DNA of 64,000 bases from an uncultured virus (IMG/VR IMGVR_UViG_3300027963_000042) (IMGVR_UViG_3300027963_000042:1-64000); one strand, 5' to 3'. Positions 1 to 9,261 are shown, counted from the stretch's first letter. Notes: a model not told the origin generated them from the letters alone. Made by a program: numbers and translations.

Positions 1-50
1 ATTTCCGTAGCTTTTTTCTTGAAGTCGTCAAATGATACTATTCTTTCCAT
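1..50 (-). CDS. Partial CDS, N-terminus MERIVSFDDFKKKATE, running off the window
   Basis: ATG at 50-48, GATATATA motif at 73-80 upstream, N-terminal motif shared with other late genes. Confidence 0.6.
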   Translation of the reverse strand, partial: MERIVSFDDFKKKATE

Positions 51-88
51 TTTTTAAATTTTTATGTTTATGTATATATCTATCTTCA

Positions 89-679
89 CTATCTAATTAT
101 GTAATCTGTGTATTTAGGCTTTGCCGGTGTTTCGTTTGGAAAATAATACTTTATTGTCTTTTTAGACTTTTCTAGGTATATCGTTTTATAAAATCCGCTA
201 GGAACGGTGGCTCCCGTTGGGAGTTTAATTGATTTCTTATCAAAAACTAGCGTTATAGTAACTGTTACTTTCTCTCTTTTAGCTAATTCCCTCTCATATT
301 CCTCTAGCATTCTCCAAACCCCTCTGTTTAAATATTGGTTTTGTAAAGCGCAGTTTAAATAACTAAATGTTTGGTGCAAAAGCTCCTTAGTGCAATTGAA
401 ATCAGCTGCAGGTGCTAAATGCCCTTTATCATAAATATTCTTTACGTAATCTTCATTATCTGATGTTTTGATCGAGTCATTGGTATAAAAATCCATGCCT
501 GCTCTAGAAGCCGTCCCATTTGGACACTGTACGATATATTGTATCCAGGTGGGCTGTTCTAATTTTTCGCTGTATACCACTTCATATATTGGGGTTTTTA
601 CCTTAACCTCTTCTCTAAATTTCTGCCCAAATACTAAGGTCGGTAATAATAGTATTAATATTAATTTTTTCATTAACAA
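89..679 (-). CDS. DNA/RNA non-specific endonuclease (NucA/EndoG family) with signal peptide
   Basis: YDKGHLAPAADF motif, LNRGVWRMLE, hydrophobic N-terminus; likely start at ATG 673. Confidence 0.9.
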   Translation of the reverse strand: MLMKKLILILLLPTLVFGQKFREEVKVKTPIYEVVYSEKLEQPTWIQYIVQCPNGTASRAGMDFYTNDSIKTSDNEDYVKNIYDKGHLAPAADFNCTKELLHQTFSYLNCALQNQYLNRGVWRMLEEYERELAKREKVTVTITLVFDKKSIKLPTGATVPSGFYKTIYLEKSKKTIKYYFPNETPAKPKYTDYIIR

Positions 680-710
680 TTTTTACTACTATTTATCAAA
701 ATATCTGAAT

Positions 711-3062
711 TTATTTAGTCCAGCTCCTAGCCTCTATAGCATCCATTACCTGCTTTGCCGATATTCTCTTGGTGCATTCAAATTGTCTAGATGTTCCTTT
801 ATGCTCTGGACACCAGAACCAATCCCCGGAATCAAATGGGAATTTTTCGGGTGAGTTAAAACAGGAATTACAAACGTCTTCCTTGTGGACCCTAATACAA
901 TCCTCATCAAACTCATTATCCTTCTTGGTTACCCCTGATATCACGACAACTTTTTTCCCTAGTGCATGTGCCACCCAAGATAATCCACTGGAAAGCCCTA
1001 CGAAGAATTCGCAATGCTCTATCCAGTGCATCATTTCTGTAAGCTCCATGCCTGTCTTATTCATGCAGTTCTTAGGGATCTCGTTCCAATTTCCTTCTGT
1101 ACCAAAGCTATAATATCGATCTATACAAACTGGGGTTAGTCCCTTCTTAGTAAGAAGGTCACATAATTTTTCCCAAGAATTGTTATTGTTCCAATGCTTA
1201 GCCTGAGCCGTACTATGGCTGGAGAAGCAAACATACTTCTTATTTAAAGGAGAAGGTTTACCAGATGTCTTTAACTGTGGTCTAACTTTGCCCATATCGG
1301 CTAATCCTAGCTGTTTAGCGAAGCCTATTTGTAAAGGTAAGTCATAGATATAGTCACAGCATATAATGTCTGTATAAGCGCTTAAATCGCCTGGCATTTG
1401 TATCAGATTCACATTGGGATATAGATCTTGATACAGAAACCCAAAATTACCAACAACATCGCATTCAATCCCATGTCTTTTAGCGTACTCGTCTGCATAC
1501 GGCATGAACGATATGGTATCACCCAATGCAGCTGTTTTTAAAATTATAAGCGGATTATGGGATTTAACGTGATTGGGGCTAAAGTAAGATATTATCTGAT
1601 CCGTGTTTAGCACTCTATAAAATCCAGACTCGTCATCACCATTATATTTAAAATGTGGTACATAAATGTCTTCAAGGTATTTTGATTTTTCAGATATTGA
1701 AGGAATACACTTAGTCGAAGACACAAAGTCCTTGAGTATGTCCTTGATATCGTTTCTTCTTATAGTTCCGTCCTCTATCAACACATGTTGATCTGTTAGA
1801 TCCATCTTAATTGTTTTTAGAACTTCCACACCATCCTTTATAAAGATCTCCCAGTCAATATACTCGTTTTTATCATCAGGAATTGTTGACCAAGCTCTTC
1901 CGTTTTTTGCGGTATTTAAAAATGATTTAATCGATCCAGTTCTGCCATCCCTAAAAAATATTGATTGTCCTACAGCTTCCGGATATGAGCATTTATAAAA
2001 ATGAGGATGTCTTTTAAACCACGAGTAAAATCCATGATCTTCTCTCTTTTCTATTCTTTTAGGAATTGTCCGATAATCATTAAGTATAAGATCCTTTTGC
2101 GATATCTTACCGAATGATGCATAGTCCATGAGCATTCGTGAAACGATAACCTCCCATGATATTAAACTTCTTTCCTCTTTACATTCAAGAACATACTGTG
2201 AATATCTTTTCATCACATCAGAAACACCATCAACTAGATCTACTGTGTTTGCGGTATCTATTCTTTTCATCCCCTTTAAATCAGCCTCCATTAAACCGAC
2301 AACAGGGATACCCATTGCTATGCTTTCAGTAACTGTTAGATTGGGATGCCCGGCCTCAATAGAACCTGGGTTTAAAAAGATGTGGTGCTTTCTCATTTCT
2401 GAAAGCGAATCCTCATAATTCAAATCATATATTAAATTAAGTTTTCTGTATGATGCTACCACATTATTCTTCTCAAAAAACTCCTTGTTGTTTTTACTTG
2501 GACATATTATAGTTATTGGTAGATCCAGTACTGCAGCACACTCTATTCCAGGAATGAATCCCTTTCTATCGAATAATGGATCTCCTAAAAGACCGTTGTT
2601 TGCCATCATTATTAAACTTGGTCCTTTTTCGATAAGGTCTTTTGATCTATCCTCGAAATAGTAATCTTCTAAATTAGCTCCGTGGCTGAGATATCTTAGC
2701 TGTGGTAAAGAATCGAAATAATCGACAAGATATTTAGCATGAACAAAAGATAGAACAGATCCCTTTATAGCTTCCAGATTTTGTTTATAAACAGCTGAAT
2801 CCTTTCCTAAATGATGTGCGTGGTGGTCGTGGTGAGAAAAGACATAAGGAATGCCTCTCTCTTTTAAAATTAAAGCTAGATTAGCCATGTGTACATGAAC
2901 GATATCCCATTCACCTACCCTGACGTCATCTGTGTAAATTATTTCAACTTCATGGCCAAGACCTCTTAATACCTTTGTGTACTCCCAGATTATTTTTTCT
3001 ACTGCTCCCCATCCGTTAGGGGGTATCTGAATTACTCCTGGTGTGATTTGTGCTATTCTCAT
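711..3062 (-). CDS. Glycosyltransferase fusion: GT4-like N-terminus plus autotransporter O-heptosyltransferase (Aah/TibC)-like C-terminus
   Basis: IPPNGWGAVEKII; ALGDTISFMPY; FFVGLSSGLSWVAHALGKKVVVISG; Cys cluster CNSC..CP..FEC. Confidence 0.8.
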   Translation of the reverse strand: MRIAQITPGVIQIPPNGWGAVEKIIWEYTKVLRGLGHEVEIIYTDDVRVGEWDIVHVHMANLALILKERGIPYVFSHHDHHAHHLGKDSAVYKQNLEAIKGSVLSFVHAKYLVDYFDSLPQLRYLSHGANLEDYYFEDRSKDLIEKGPSLIMMANNGLLGDPLFDRKGFIPGIECAAVLDLPITIICPSKNNKEFFEKNNVVASYRKLNLIYDLNYEDSLSEMRKHHIFLNPGSIEAGHPNLTVTESIAMGIPVVGLMEADLKGMKRIDTANTVDLVDGVSDVMKRYSQYVLECKEERSLISWEVIVSRMLMDYASFGKISQKDLILNDYRTIPKRIEKREDHGFYSWFKRHPHFYKCSYPEAVGQSIFFRDGRTGSIKSFLNTAKNGRAWSTIPDDKNEYIDWEIFIKDGVEVLKTIKMDLTDQHVLIEDGTIRRNDIKDILKDFVSSTKCIPSISEKSKYLEDIYVPHFKYNGDDESGFYRVLNTDQIISYFSPNHVKSHNPLIILKTAALGDTISFMPYADEYAKRHGIECDVVGNFGFLYQDLYPNVNLIQMPGDLSAYTDIICCDYIYDLPLQIGFAKQLGLADMGKVRPQLKTSGKPSPLNKKYVCFSSHSTAQAKHWNNNNSWEKLCDLLTKKGLTPVCIDRYYSFGTEGNWNEIPKNCMNKTGMELTEMMHWIEHCEFFVGLSSGLSWVAHALGKKVVVISGVTKKDNEFDEDCIRVHKEDVCNSCFNSPEKFPFDSGDWFWCPEHKGTSRQFECTKRISAKQVMDAIEARSWTK

Positions 3063-3065
3063 TTC

Positions 3066-5000
3066 TTAATTTTTTCTTTTTGCAAATATTACTCCGTGAT
3101 CTGCATTGTTATCAACCTCTTTTTGTATTAATTCATCATAAAGCTTAACCGCAAAATCAGCGCTAACTAATTTTTCTATTAACATATTGACCCTTCCGTC
3201 GTTATTGTCATGGAATTCTAGAATTATATTTTTAGCTTTAGCTAGAGATGCAATATCAGTATTACTAAGAAGATCATATTCAGCACCCTCTATATCAATC
3301 TTTAGAAGATCAACTGAATCATGATCAGACATCAAAGAGTTTAGTGTTTGCGATTTAACCAAAACAGTATTATCACCTATAGTTTTAGCAATGCTTGAAA
3401 CTAGGCTGTTTCCTGGATCTACACTAAGATTAACATCCTCGCCATCCGCGGTCAAAGCAATCTCACTGAAGATAACATTTGGATTTTCTGAGTGCATTTT
3501 TCTGAATTCATTAGCGGCTAGGTGATTTGGTTCTATTGAGATAACTTTTTCAAACCCTACATCTAAACAATACTCTGTGAATAATCCAACATTAGCACCA
3601 ACGTCAATAGCAACTTTCTTTCGGAATATGCTATCGGTCATAATGTCATATATTCGGTCAGTAAAGAACTCTTCATAGTTTCTAAATATAGGATCTTTTG
3701 TATCCAATCTGCAGATCTTCTTTGTTACGTTCCTAAATCTTATTATAGATTCTGAGATCACCTCTTCTCCCTGTTTATATTCAATTAAGAATCCACCAAA
3801 ATTTGCATTATTTTGGAAATCGTAAATGTGGATGGGCACTGGGATTATCCAATATGATCCACCTAAACTAAAGTTTATAGTGCAATGAAATATATTAGAA
3901 CCGCTGTCCACATCCTTAACATAAACATCACAATCGAGTTCCTTTATGTTTCTTGAATCCCCTATATAAACTATATCAAGTTTATTATCCCATGGAGAAA
4001 ATTTATGTATAAACATATCGCTTTTATTATTCATAGCTAATTCTTTTTTAAGTTCTAATATTTCTCCTATCTGGTTTGCTATCCCTGTTTTATCATCACT
4101 TATAAAAAACTTTAGAGTGTTTGATTCCTGATACATGTCAACGTAGACAGGGAGATTTCTTAGGAGCAATGGGGCTTTCCAAGATATTGCTTCTTTGATA
4201 ACAAGAGGGCTTGTTTCTTTATCATTAAATAAAGGTATTGACGGGAATATAACAAGATCCGCTGCCTGATAGAATAGATCTACGTCATCCCTTTCTCCCC
4301 ATACCTTACAATTGCTGGGAAGATTGCTTGTGATAGGATTCCAATACCATTTAAAATTATCAGCCATTGTACCGATGAAATGAAATTCCACTTCTGGTAG
4401 TAGCCTTGCAATCTCTGCTGTTTCCTTTTGATTTTTTCTTGGTGTAAATATACCTATTTGGATTACGTGTTTCTTATTAGGATCCAGCCCTAATTTTGCT
4501 CTGCTATCTAAATAATCTCTTACAGGTTTCTTAGCTATCTCGTGCTCGATAACTTCTATGGGTACTTTAAGATCTCTTAACAGATTAACCTGCCAAGGGC
4601 TAACGACCACAAATTTATCGGGAAGGTATATTTTTTCTTCAGGTGAAACCGATGAATCGTGCATGGTCTCAAATATTTTATATTCTCTGTCGTCGGAGAA
4701 TATAATATCCAAAAGATGGTGACTTAAGAATTGCTCGCAGGGTTCTTCGAAATGTATAATATCAGGTTTCATCTCCTTAATCGCCTTGATAAGAATATCC
4801 TCAGGCTTTTCCCCCCATGTTATTATTCTCTCCGCACCAAGTATGGATTCTATTCTTTTCCTGATTGTATTATAGGAAAACTCGTGTCTTTTTTCAAAAA
4901 CCCAAACTTCAGCTTCGTCTTTGATTTTGTCTATTTTATTCTTTAAATATTCCGGCATTCCTCCGGTAGACAGATATGGTACAATATAAAAAACTCTCAA
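3066..5000 (-). CDS. GT4 glycosyltransferase fused to FkbM-family methyltransferase
   Basis: STGGMP, RKNQ, ETSPLVIKEA in the GT part; IDVGANVG and LKIDIEGAE in the FkbM part. Confidence 0.85.
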   Translation of the reverse strand: MRVFYIVPYLSTGGMPEYLKNKIDKIKDEAEVWVFEKRHEFSYNTIRKRIESILGAERIITWGEKPEDILIKAIKEMKPDIIHFEEPCEQFLSHHLLDIIFSDDREYKIFETMHDSSVSPEEKIYLPDKFVVVSPWQVNLLRDLKVPIEVIEHEIAKKPVRDYLDSRAKLGLDPNKKHVIQIGIFTPRKNQKETAEIARLLPEVEFHFIGTMADNFKWYWNPITSNLPSNCKVWGERDDVDLFYQAADLVIFPSIPLFNDKETSPLVIKEAISWKAPLLLRNLPVYVDMYQESNTLKFFISDDKTGIANQIGEILELKKELAMNNKSDMFIHKFSPWDNKLDIVYIGDSRNIKELDCDVYVKDVDSGSNIFHCTINFSLGGSYWIIPVPIHIYDFQNNANFGGFLIEYKQGEEVISESIIRFRNVTKKICRLDTKDPIFRNYEEFFTDRIYDIMTDSIFRKKVAIDVGANVGLFTEYCLDVGFEKVISIEPNHLAANEFRKMHSENPNVIFSEIALTADGEDVNLSVDPGNSLVSSIAKTIGDNTVLVKSQTLNSLMSDHDSVDLLKIDIEGAEYDLLSNTDIASLAKAKNIILEFHDNNDGRVNMLIEKLVSADFAVKLYDELIQKEVDNNADHGVIFAKRKN

Positions 5001-5081
5001 TGTTTTGTATTTATAGGTTCTATTGTAAAAGTCAAATAAAATTTCGGGTAAAAGTATTAAAGGGGTGCCTTTGTACGAAAT

Positions 5082-5894
5082 TTATTGATCTAGAGATTCG
5101 CCACAGTTAGGGCAAAATTTCCATGTTTTTTTCTTGGATCTTGTTCCACATCCGGTACAATAATCCCTAATCTCAGTAACCTCTACAGGCTTAGCTGATC
5201 TCGGAAGAATTTGATACTCCGATGTGTAACCGCAATACCAGGAGTAACTACCTGAATCTTTTCCGAAGTCCTGATCAGATTTTTCCCCCTTTTCTACTCT
5301 ACCGGTTTCAAGCGAACCTGCAACCGAGCAGTTAACTAGTCCAGATAATCTTTTAGAAGAGTAACCAATCGTACCACTCAATGCTGAAGTGTTGCTAGCG
5401 TAATAAACATTGTTGGTCGTAGTTCCTCCGAAAATAATAGGATTCACTGTTCCTGGGTCGTTCGTCCAAGTTTGGTGATAAGGTACATAGGCTGTCCCTG
5501 TTGAAAGAGGGCTCCAACTGTAACTCGTGTGTTCCGGATAGAACTCAACCTTTACCTTACCGTTGTTTTTGATTGCCTCTTTAGCCTCTTCTGTGTCATC
5601 AACATCGTAAGTCGAGAATAAGAATTTCTTCTTCTCTTCGATGAAACGATCCAAGAAGTATCTCTGCCCGGGTCTAAGTACTAAACCTGAGCTACTGATA
5701 ATCTTGTCATTGAGATAGATTTTAGCTAAATAGGATGTTGATGTTGGATTATAGAGCTCGATTTGAAACTCTTGTCCATTGTCTAGATAAACTAGATCTT
5801 CCTTTGAGCCGTAGATTTTTTGTCTGTTGTTGGATACGGCTATCCAAGCTTGTGGTTTTGGAGTACTGTATACCCCGATCGTGTTGTTTTTCAT
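5082..5894 (-). CDS. Hypothetical phage protein with C-terminal zinc ribbon
   Basis: 270-aa ORF ending CTGCG...FCPNCG. Confidence 0.8.
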   Translation of the reverse strand: MKNNTIGVYSTPKPQAWIAVSNNRQKIYGSKEDLVYLDNGQEFQIELYNPTSTSYLAKIYLNDKIISSSGLVLRPGQRYFLDRFIEEKKKFLFSTYDVDDTEEAKEAIKNNGKVKVEFYPEHTSYSWSPLSTGTAYVPYHQTWTNDPGTVNPIIFGGTTTNNVYYASNTSALSGTIGYSSKRLSGLVNCSVAGSLETGRVEKGEKSDQDFGKDSGSYSWYCGYTSEYQILPRSAKPVEVTEIRDYCTGCGTRSKKKTWKFCPNCGESLDQ

Positions 5895-5917
5895 TTTACC
5901 TTTTTCTTTTTTTTAAA

Positions 5918-5967
5918 ATCCCATCGCTGCTATTGCTAACAACTCTAAGGCCATTTTGACCCGGGAC
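5918..5967 (-). ncRNA. Putative structured 5' UTR RNA (three-way junction with GCAA tetraloop)
   Basis: GUCCC/GGGAU closing stem, GGGUCA-AAA-UGGCCU and GUUGUUA-GCAA-UAGCAGC hairpins; the G-U pairs work only on the minus strand. Confidence 0.55.
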
Positions 5968-6018
5968 ACTAAGTACGAAAGGCACCCTTTAATACATTCT
6001 ATATATAATCACTGGTTA

Positions 6019-6480
6019 TTACCAGAAATCTTCTCCCTCTTGCCCATTTGAGTATTCATTATAACCACCCAATGAATTATCATAGTCATCATCCTCAAAT
6101 TCTGCATCGCTAAGGAATTCCCTTTCTGATTCAGAAATTCTTTCAAACCAATCCCCGTTGTCTTTATACCAAACGGTGTTTATAGCGGGTGTTCCTGCTG
6201 TCCACTCTATTTTTGAATCATTCGATAAACCTCCTGGTATAATTGAATCTAGATCGTTGACTACTTTTTCTAAATCGTTTTGTAGATCTGTGTCTAGTTC
6301 TACATCATCAACGTATATTTCTAAATATTCATTAAAGTTAGGTTCCATACAATCAATAAAGATATTATATAAAATAATGAAATCTTCTCTTGATTCCATT
6401 AGTAATTTAATATCTAATATTTCGCTAGCTTTAAACTTGTTATTGGTTATTAGCTCTGCATTTAAAATGTAATTCTTCAT
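6019..6480 (-). CDS. Hypothetical acidic protein
   Basis: 153-aa ORF in the prevailing gene orientation. Confidence 0.7.
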   Translation of the reverse strand: MKNYILNAELITNNKFKASEILDIKLLMESREDFIILYNIFIDCMEPNFNEYLEIYVDDVELDTDLQNDLEKVVNDLDSIIPGGLSNDSKIEWTAGTPAINTVWYKDNGDWFERISESEREFLSDAEFEDDDYDNSLGGYNEYSNGQEGEDFW

Positions 6481-6514
6481 TATTTTTTTAGTTGTATATA
6501 CCCATAATGCTTCT

Positions 6515-6799
6515 CTATTTTATTTGGCTTCCCCTAACTTTTATAGTTTCCTCTGTTATCGGTCGAGAATAAAGACTCATTATTTTAGTTCCCTCTACAT
6601 TAGTAAAAGTAATTCTACTTTTCTCGTTTGGCCTCAGTGTAATCGTAACATCACCAGGTTCTTCTGAAATGTCACTCCATGCAAAAACAATAGGATTCTC
6701 GTTATCAAATTGAAAAACCCATTCGGCATCTTTGAAATTTTCTGGTAATCCTGCTATTGTAGCGGATTCCCCCTTTAGTTCTATGTTATTATCTTCCAT
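6515..6799 (-). CDS. Hypothetical protein
   Basis: 94-aa ORF, ATG start, tight gene packing. Confidence 0.7.
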   Translation of the reverse strand: MEDNNIELKGESATIAGLPENFKDAEWVFQFDNENPIVFAWSDISEEPGDVTITLRPNEKSRITFTNVEGTKIMSLYSRPITEETIKVRGSQIK

Positions 6800-6805
6800 G
6801 TTATT

Positions 6806-7409
6806 TTATATAAAGTTTTGACAAAATGTTTTTCTGTGATGTTTGGATAAACCGATTTCTCTTATTGCTGAGATGTGTTCTGGTGTACCGTACCCAACAT
6901 TCTTTTCCCATAGATAATGTGAAAATTCTGGGCTGATAGATTTCATTAGCCTATCTCTATGAACTTTAGCTAAGATAGATGCTGCAGATATACATTGCAC
7001 TTTAGAGTCTCCTTTTATCACACACTCATAATCTATTCCCTTATGTCCAGGAAATCTATCGCCGTCAACATAAAGGAAATCCGGAACTACGCTACAAGAA
7101 TCAATAGCTCTTTTCATAGCTAAAAATGTTGCCTGTAAAATATTGATCTGATCTATTTCCTGTGGCGATGCTGCACCTATTCCCCATGCTATTGCATTTT
7201 CTTTTATTAGTGCTTCCACATCTTCTCTTTTTTTTAAGCTCTTTATGGTTTTACTATCTCTAATTCTAGGATCTAAAAAATCATTGGGTAGAATAACTAC
7301 TGCGGCAACTACTGGGCCAGAAAGACATCCTCTTCCTTCAGCCCACCTCGTCTACACCAGCAATAAATCTTAGCTCGCGTAGAAGAGGCGGATTATTATT
7401 TTCTATCAT
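6806..7409 (-). CDS. rnhB: Ribonuclease HII, interrupted by a 7-nt gap containing TGA at about 7334-7343
   Basis: Upstream frame MIENN..AGVDEVG* then downstream frame (G)RGCLSGPVVAA..RDSK..VDG..KGD..SAASILAKVHRD..NVGYGT..HRKTF. Confidence 0.85.
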
Positions 7410-7428
7410 TATTTTTATTATTAATTTA

Positions 7429-7509
7429 TTAAAATCCTCTTTGACAATATGCCATTGCATTTATCTTTTCTTTTTGCAACCACTGTAAATACTTAAATAA
7501 TCTTTTCAT
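7429..7509 (-). CDS. Small hypothetical protein (26 aa, MKRLFKYLQWLQKEKINAMAYCQRGF)
   Basis: ATGA overlap with the upstream stop; fills the intergenic gap. Confidence 0.4.
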   Translation of the reverse strand: MKRLFKYLQWLQKEKINAMAYCQRGF

Positions 7510-7691
7510 GGACTTTCTATTGGATAATTTTCATATTGAAATATTAAATCTTTAAGTAATTTGTTTTCTTGAATGACTCCTTCACATTTATTACCTTCTT
7601 GAAACACGGTCATACCTATAAAAATTCCAATAACAAACCCTATAAGTAATCCTAATCCGGCTGCTCTATATTCGGTTCTTCTATCGGACAT
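7506..7691 (-). CDS. Small membrane protein
   Basis: Single hydrophobic segment AAGLGLLIGFVIGIFIGM. Confidence 0.65.
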   Translation of the reverse strand: MSDRRTEYRAAGLGLLIGFVIGIFIGMTVFQEGNKCEGVIQENKLLKDLIFQYENYPIESP

Positions 7692-7704
7692 TTATTCTTA
7701 ATTT

Positions 7705-9261
7705 TTATGGTTTAAGTGTGGTGAATTCGCCTTTAATGAAATTGATGTGCTGAGCTTTACCGTCATGGTGAATTATAACGTGCGATTGAAGCCATCCGCT
7801 AGGCCCGATATTATAATTAACCCTTAGCTTAGTTGATGTACCTACTGCAAGTGCTCCGTCTTTTCTACCCGGTGAGTGATAGTGACCGACTACTATTTTA
7901 GTATTAAGTTTTCTGAATTGTACTAAGGATCCTCTGGTTCCGCTAGAACCAATATCTCCATGTTGGCCTAATTCCCAGCCATTGATTACCAAGCTATCGC
8001 TTCTGCCTAGAGTTTTGTACTTGGGGTATTTAGCGTTTATTAAATAAGGTATAACACCGTTTGGAGCCACACCTTTAAGTAGCAATGCACTGTATTCCAT
8101 ATACTCTATGGAATTTTTCATGGTCGAAGCCTTTCTCCAATCAGTTCCTTTTAGCCATCTATCCAAAAAATCATCATGATTACTTCTAACAATTACCACG
8201 TTATATTCTTCAAAGCTTTTTAATCCATCAAGCATGGCATCAACTTCACTCTTAAGAGAATTAGTTCCGTCTAATTCTCTTTGATATTGTATGAAAGGAT
8301 CTTTTGATTCGTGGTGGTTAATAGAAAGCCCATCAAATACATCATGAAGAACTACGTGTTCCGGTTTTAGATTCTTGAATAGATCAAGTGTTTTTAAAAT
8401 GACCCTTTCGTCATGCTGGCCGTAGTGAATATCTCCTAATATAGCAGCTGCAATCGAATCAATCTTAGAAACTTCCCCTTCCTCAACTTTATAGTATAAA
8501 TCGCAGAAATCCCCATCTTCGGTAGCTGTAACCTGTCTGGCAAAGAATGTATTTGCATCTTTAATTTCCACTATAACAAAACCTAATGTGTGATGAAATT
8601 CACCCTTCTTTCCTGATTTTGAATCGGTGTAGTTTTTAAGAGTACATGCTCCGGTGGTCATCATCATCTTAGGAAGATTTCCCTCGAGGACAGGAATTGT
8701 TTCCATATGAACTCTTGGTGATCCAAAGACGCAAGAATTAATTCCGCTCATACCTTGTAGTCCTGTCATTGGATCTACCGCAGTAGGTTGAATCTTGACA
8801 TCTGACATGATCCACATATGTTTATGAACCTCATGACGATTGGCATCAAGATATATTGCTATTCTATTTGACCATTCGTCATAACTTCTGTCAGAAAAAA
8901 CTGAAGTTGGATTTTTATATCTTCCTGCAATGACGTGAATGTCTGCATCTATCTCTTTGGCGTAAGCCTCTATGTTCATTATAAAATCCTCATGAACTGG
9001 AGTATCGTTCTGTGCCCAAGTAATTATAAATTTCTTTTTCTTCTTGTCAAATTTTCTTTCCTTAGCCTTTATGTACTGTGGTGACTCTGTTAGTGCTTTT
9101 TCTGTTATGCCTAATTTAGAAATCCATTTTTGTATTGTCCTTTCGGATTTTCCTATAAGATCACTTAGGGTTTTCATTCTCTGATCCCATGTTAAATCTC
9201 TGTTCCAGTAAATATCCGACATTTTAGATATTTGCTCGTCGTTTAATTCTTCAAACTTCAT
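7705..9261 (-). CDS. T5 A1-like protein: N-terminal HTH plus calcineurin-like metallophosphoesterase/nuclease
   Basis: GDIH, HDVFDG, SNHD, HGD, GHYH metallophosphoesterase motifs; ITWAQNDTPVH and TTGACTLKNY segments recall T5 A1; HTH-like GKSERTIQKW. Confidence 0.7.
   Translation of the reverse strand: MKFEELNDEQISKMSDIYWNRDLTWDQRMKTLSDLIGKSERTIQKWISKLGITEKALTESPQYIKAKERKFDKKKKKFIITWAQNDTPVHEDFIMNIEAYAKEIDADIHVIAGRYKNPTSVFSDRSYDEWSNRIAIYLDANRHEVHKHMWIMSDVKIQPTAVDPMTGLQGMSGINSCVFGSPRVHMETIPVLEGNLPKMMMTTGACTLKNYTDSKSGKKGEFHHTLGFVIVEIKDANTFFARQVTATEDGDFCDLYYKVEEGEVSKIDSIAAAILGDIHYGQHDERVILKTLDLFKNLKPEHVVLHDVFDGLSINHHESKDPFIQYQRELDGTNSLKSEVDAMLDGLKSFEEYNVVIVRSNHDDFLDRWLKGTDWRKASTMKNSIEYMEYSALLLKGVAPNGVIPYLINAKYPKYKTLGRSDSLVINGWELGQHGDIGSSGTRGSLVQFRKLNTKIVVGHYHSPGRKDGALAVGTSTKLRVNYNIGPSGWLQSHVIIHHDGKAQHINFIKGEFTTLKP

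Larger units (their letters stand above)
5054..5995. repeat. Imperfect 23-nt inverted repeat pair (5054-5076 and 5973-5995) bracketing CDS 5082-5894
   Basis: gtattaaaggggtgcctttgtac versus the reverse complement of 5973-5995, gtattaaagggtgcctttcgtac. Confidence 0.85.

Noticed and set aside
5039..5083. Local AAATTTCG/CGAAATTT 8-bp stem enclosing the 3' arm of the long-range repeat
   Set aside because: Short, AT-rich and with a 29-nt loop, so it could be chance; noted only as a possible alternative fold.
7338..7340. Stop-codon reassignment explaining the TGA in rnhB
   Set aside because: Read-through would not restore the frame, and long genes elsewhere are intact under the standard code with TAA, TAG and TGA all used as stops.
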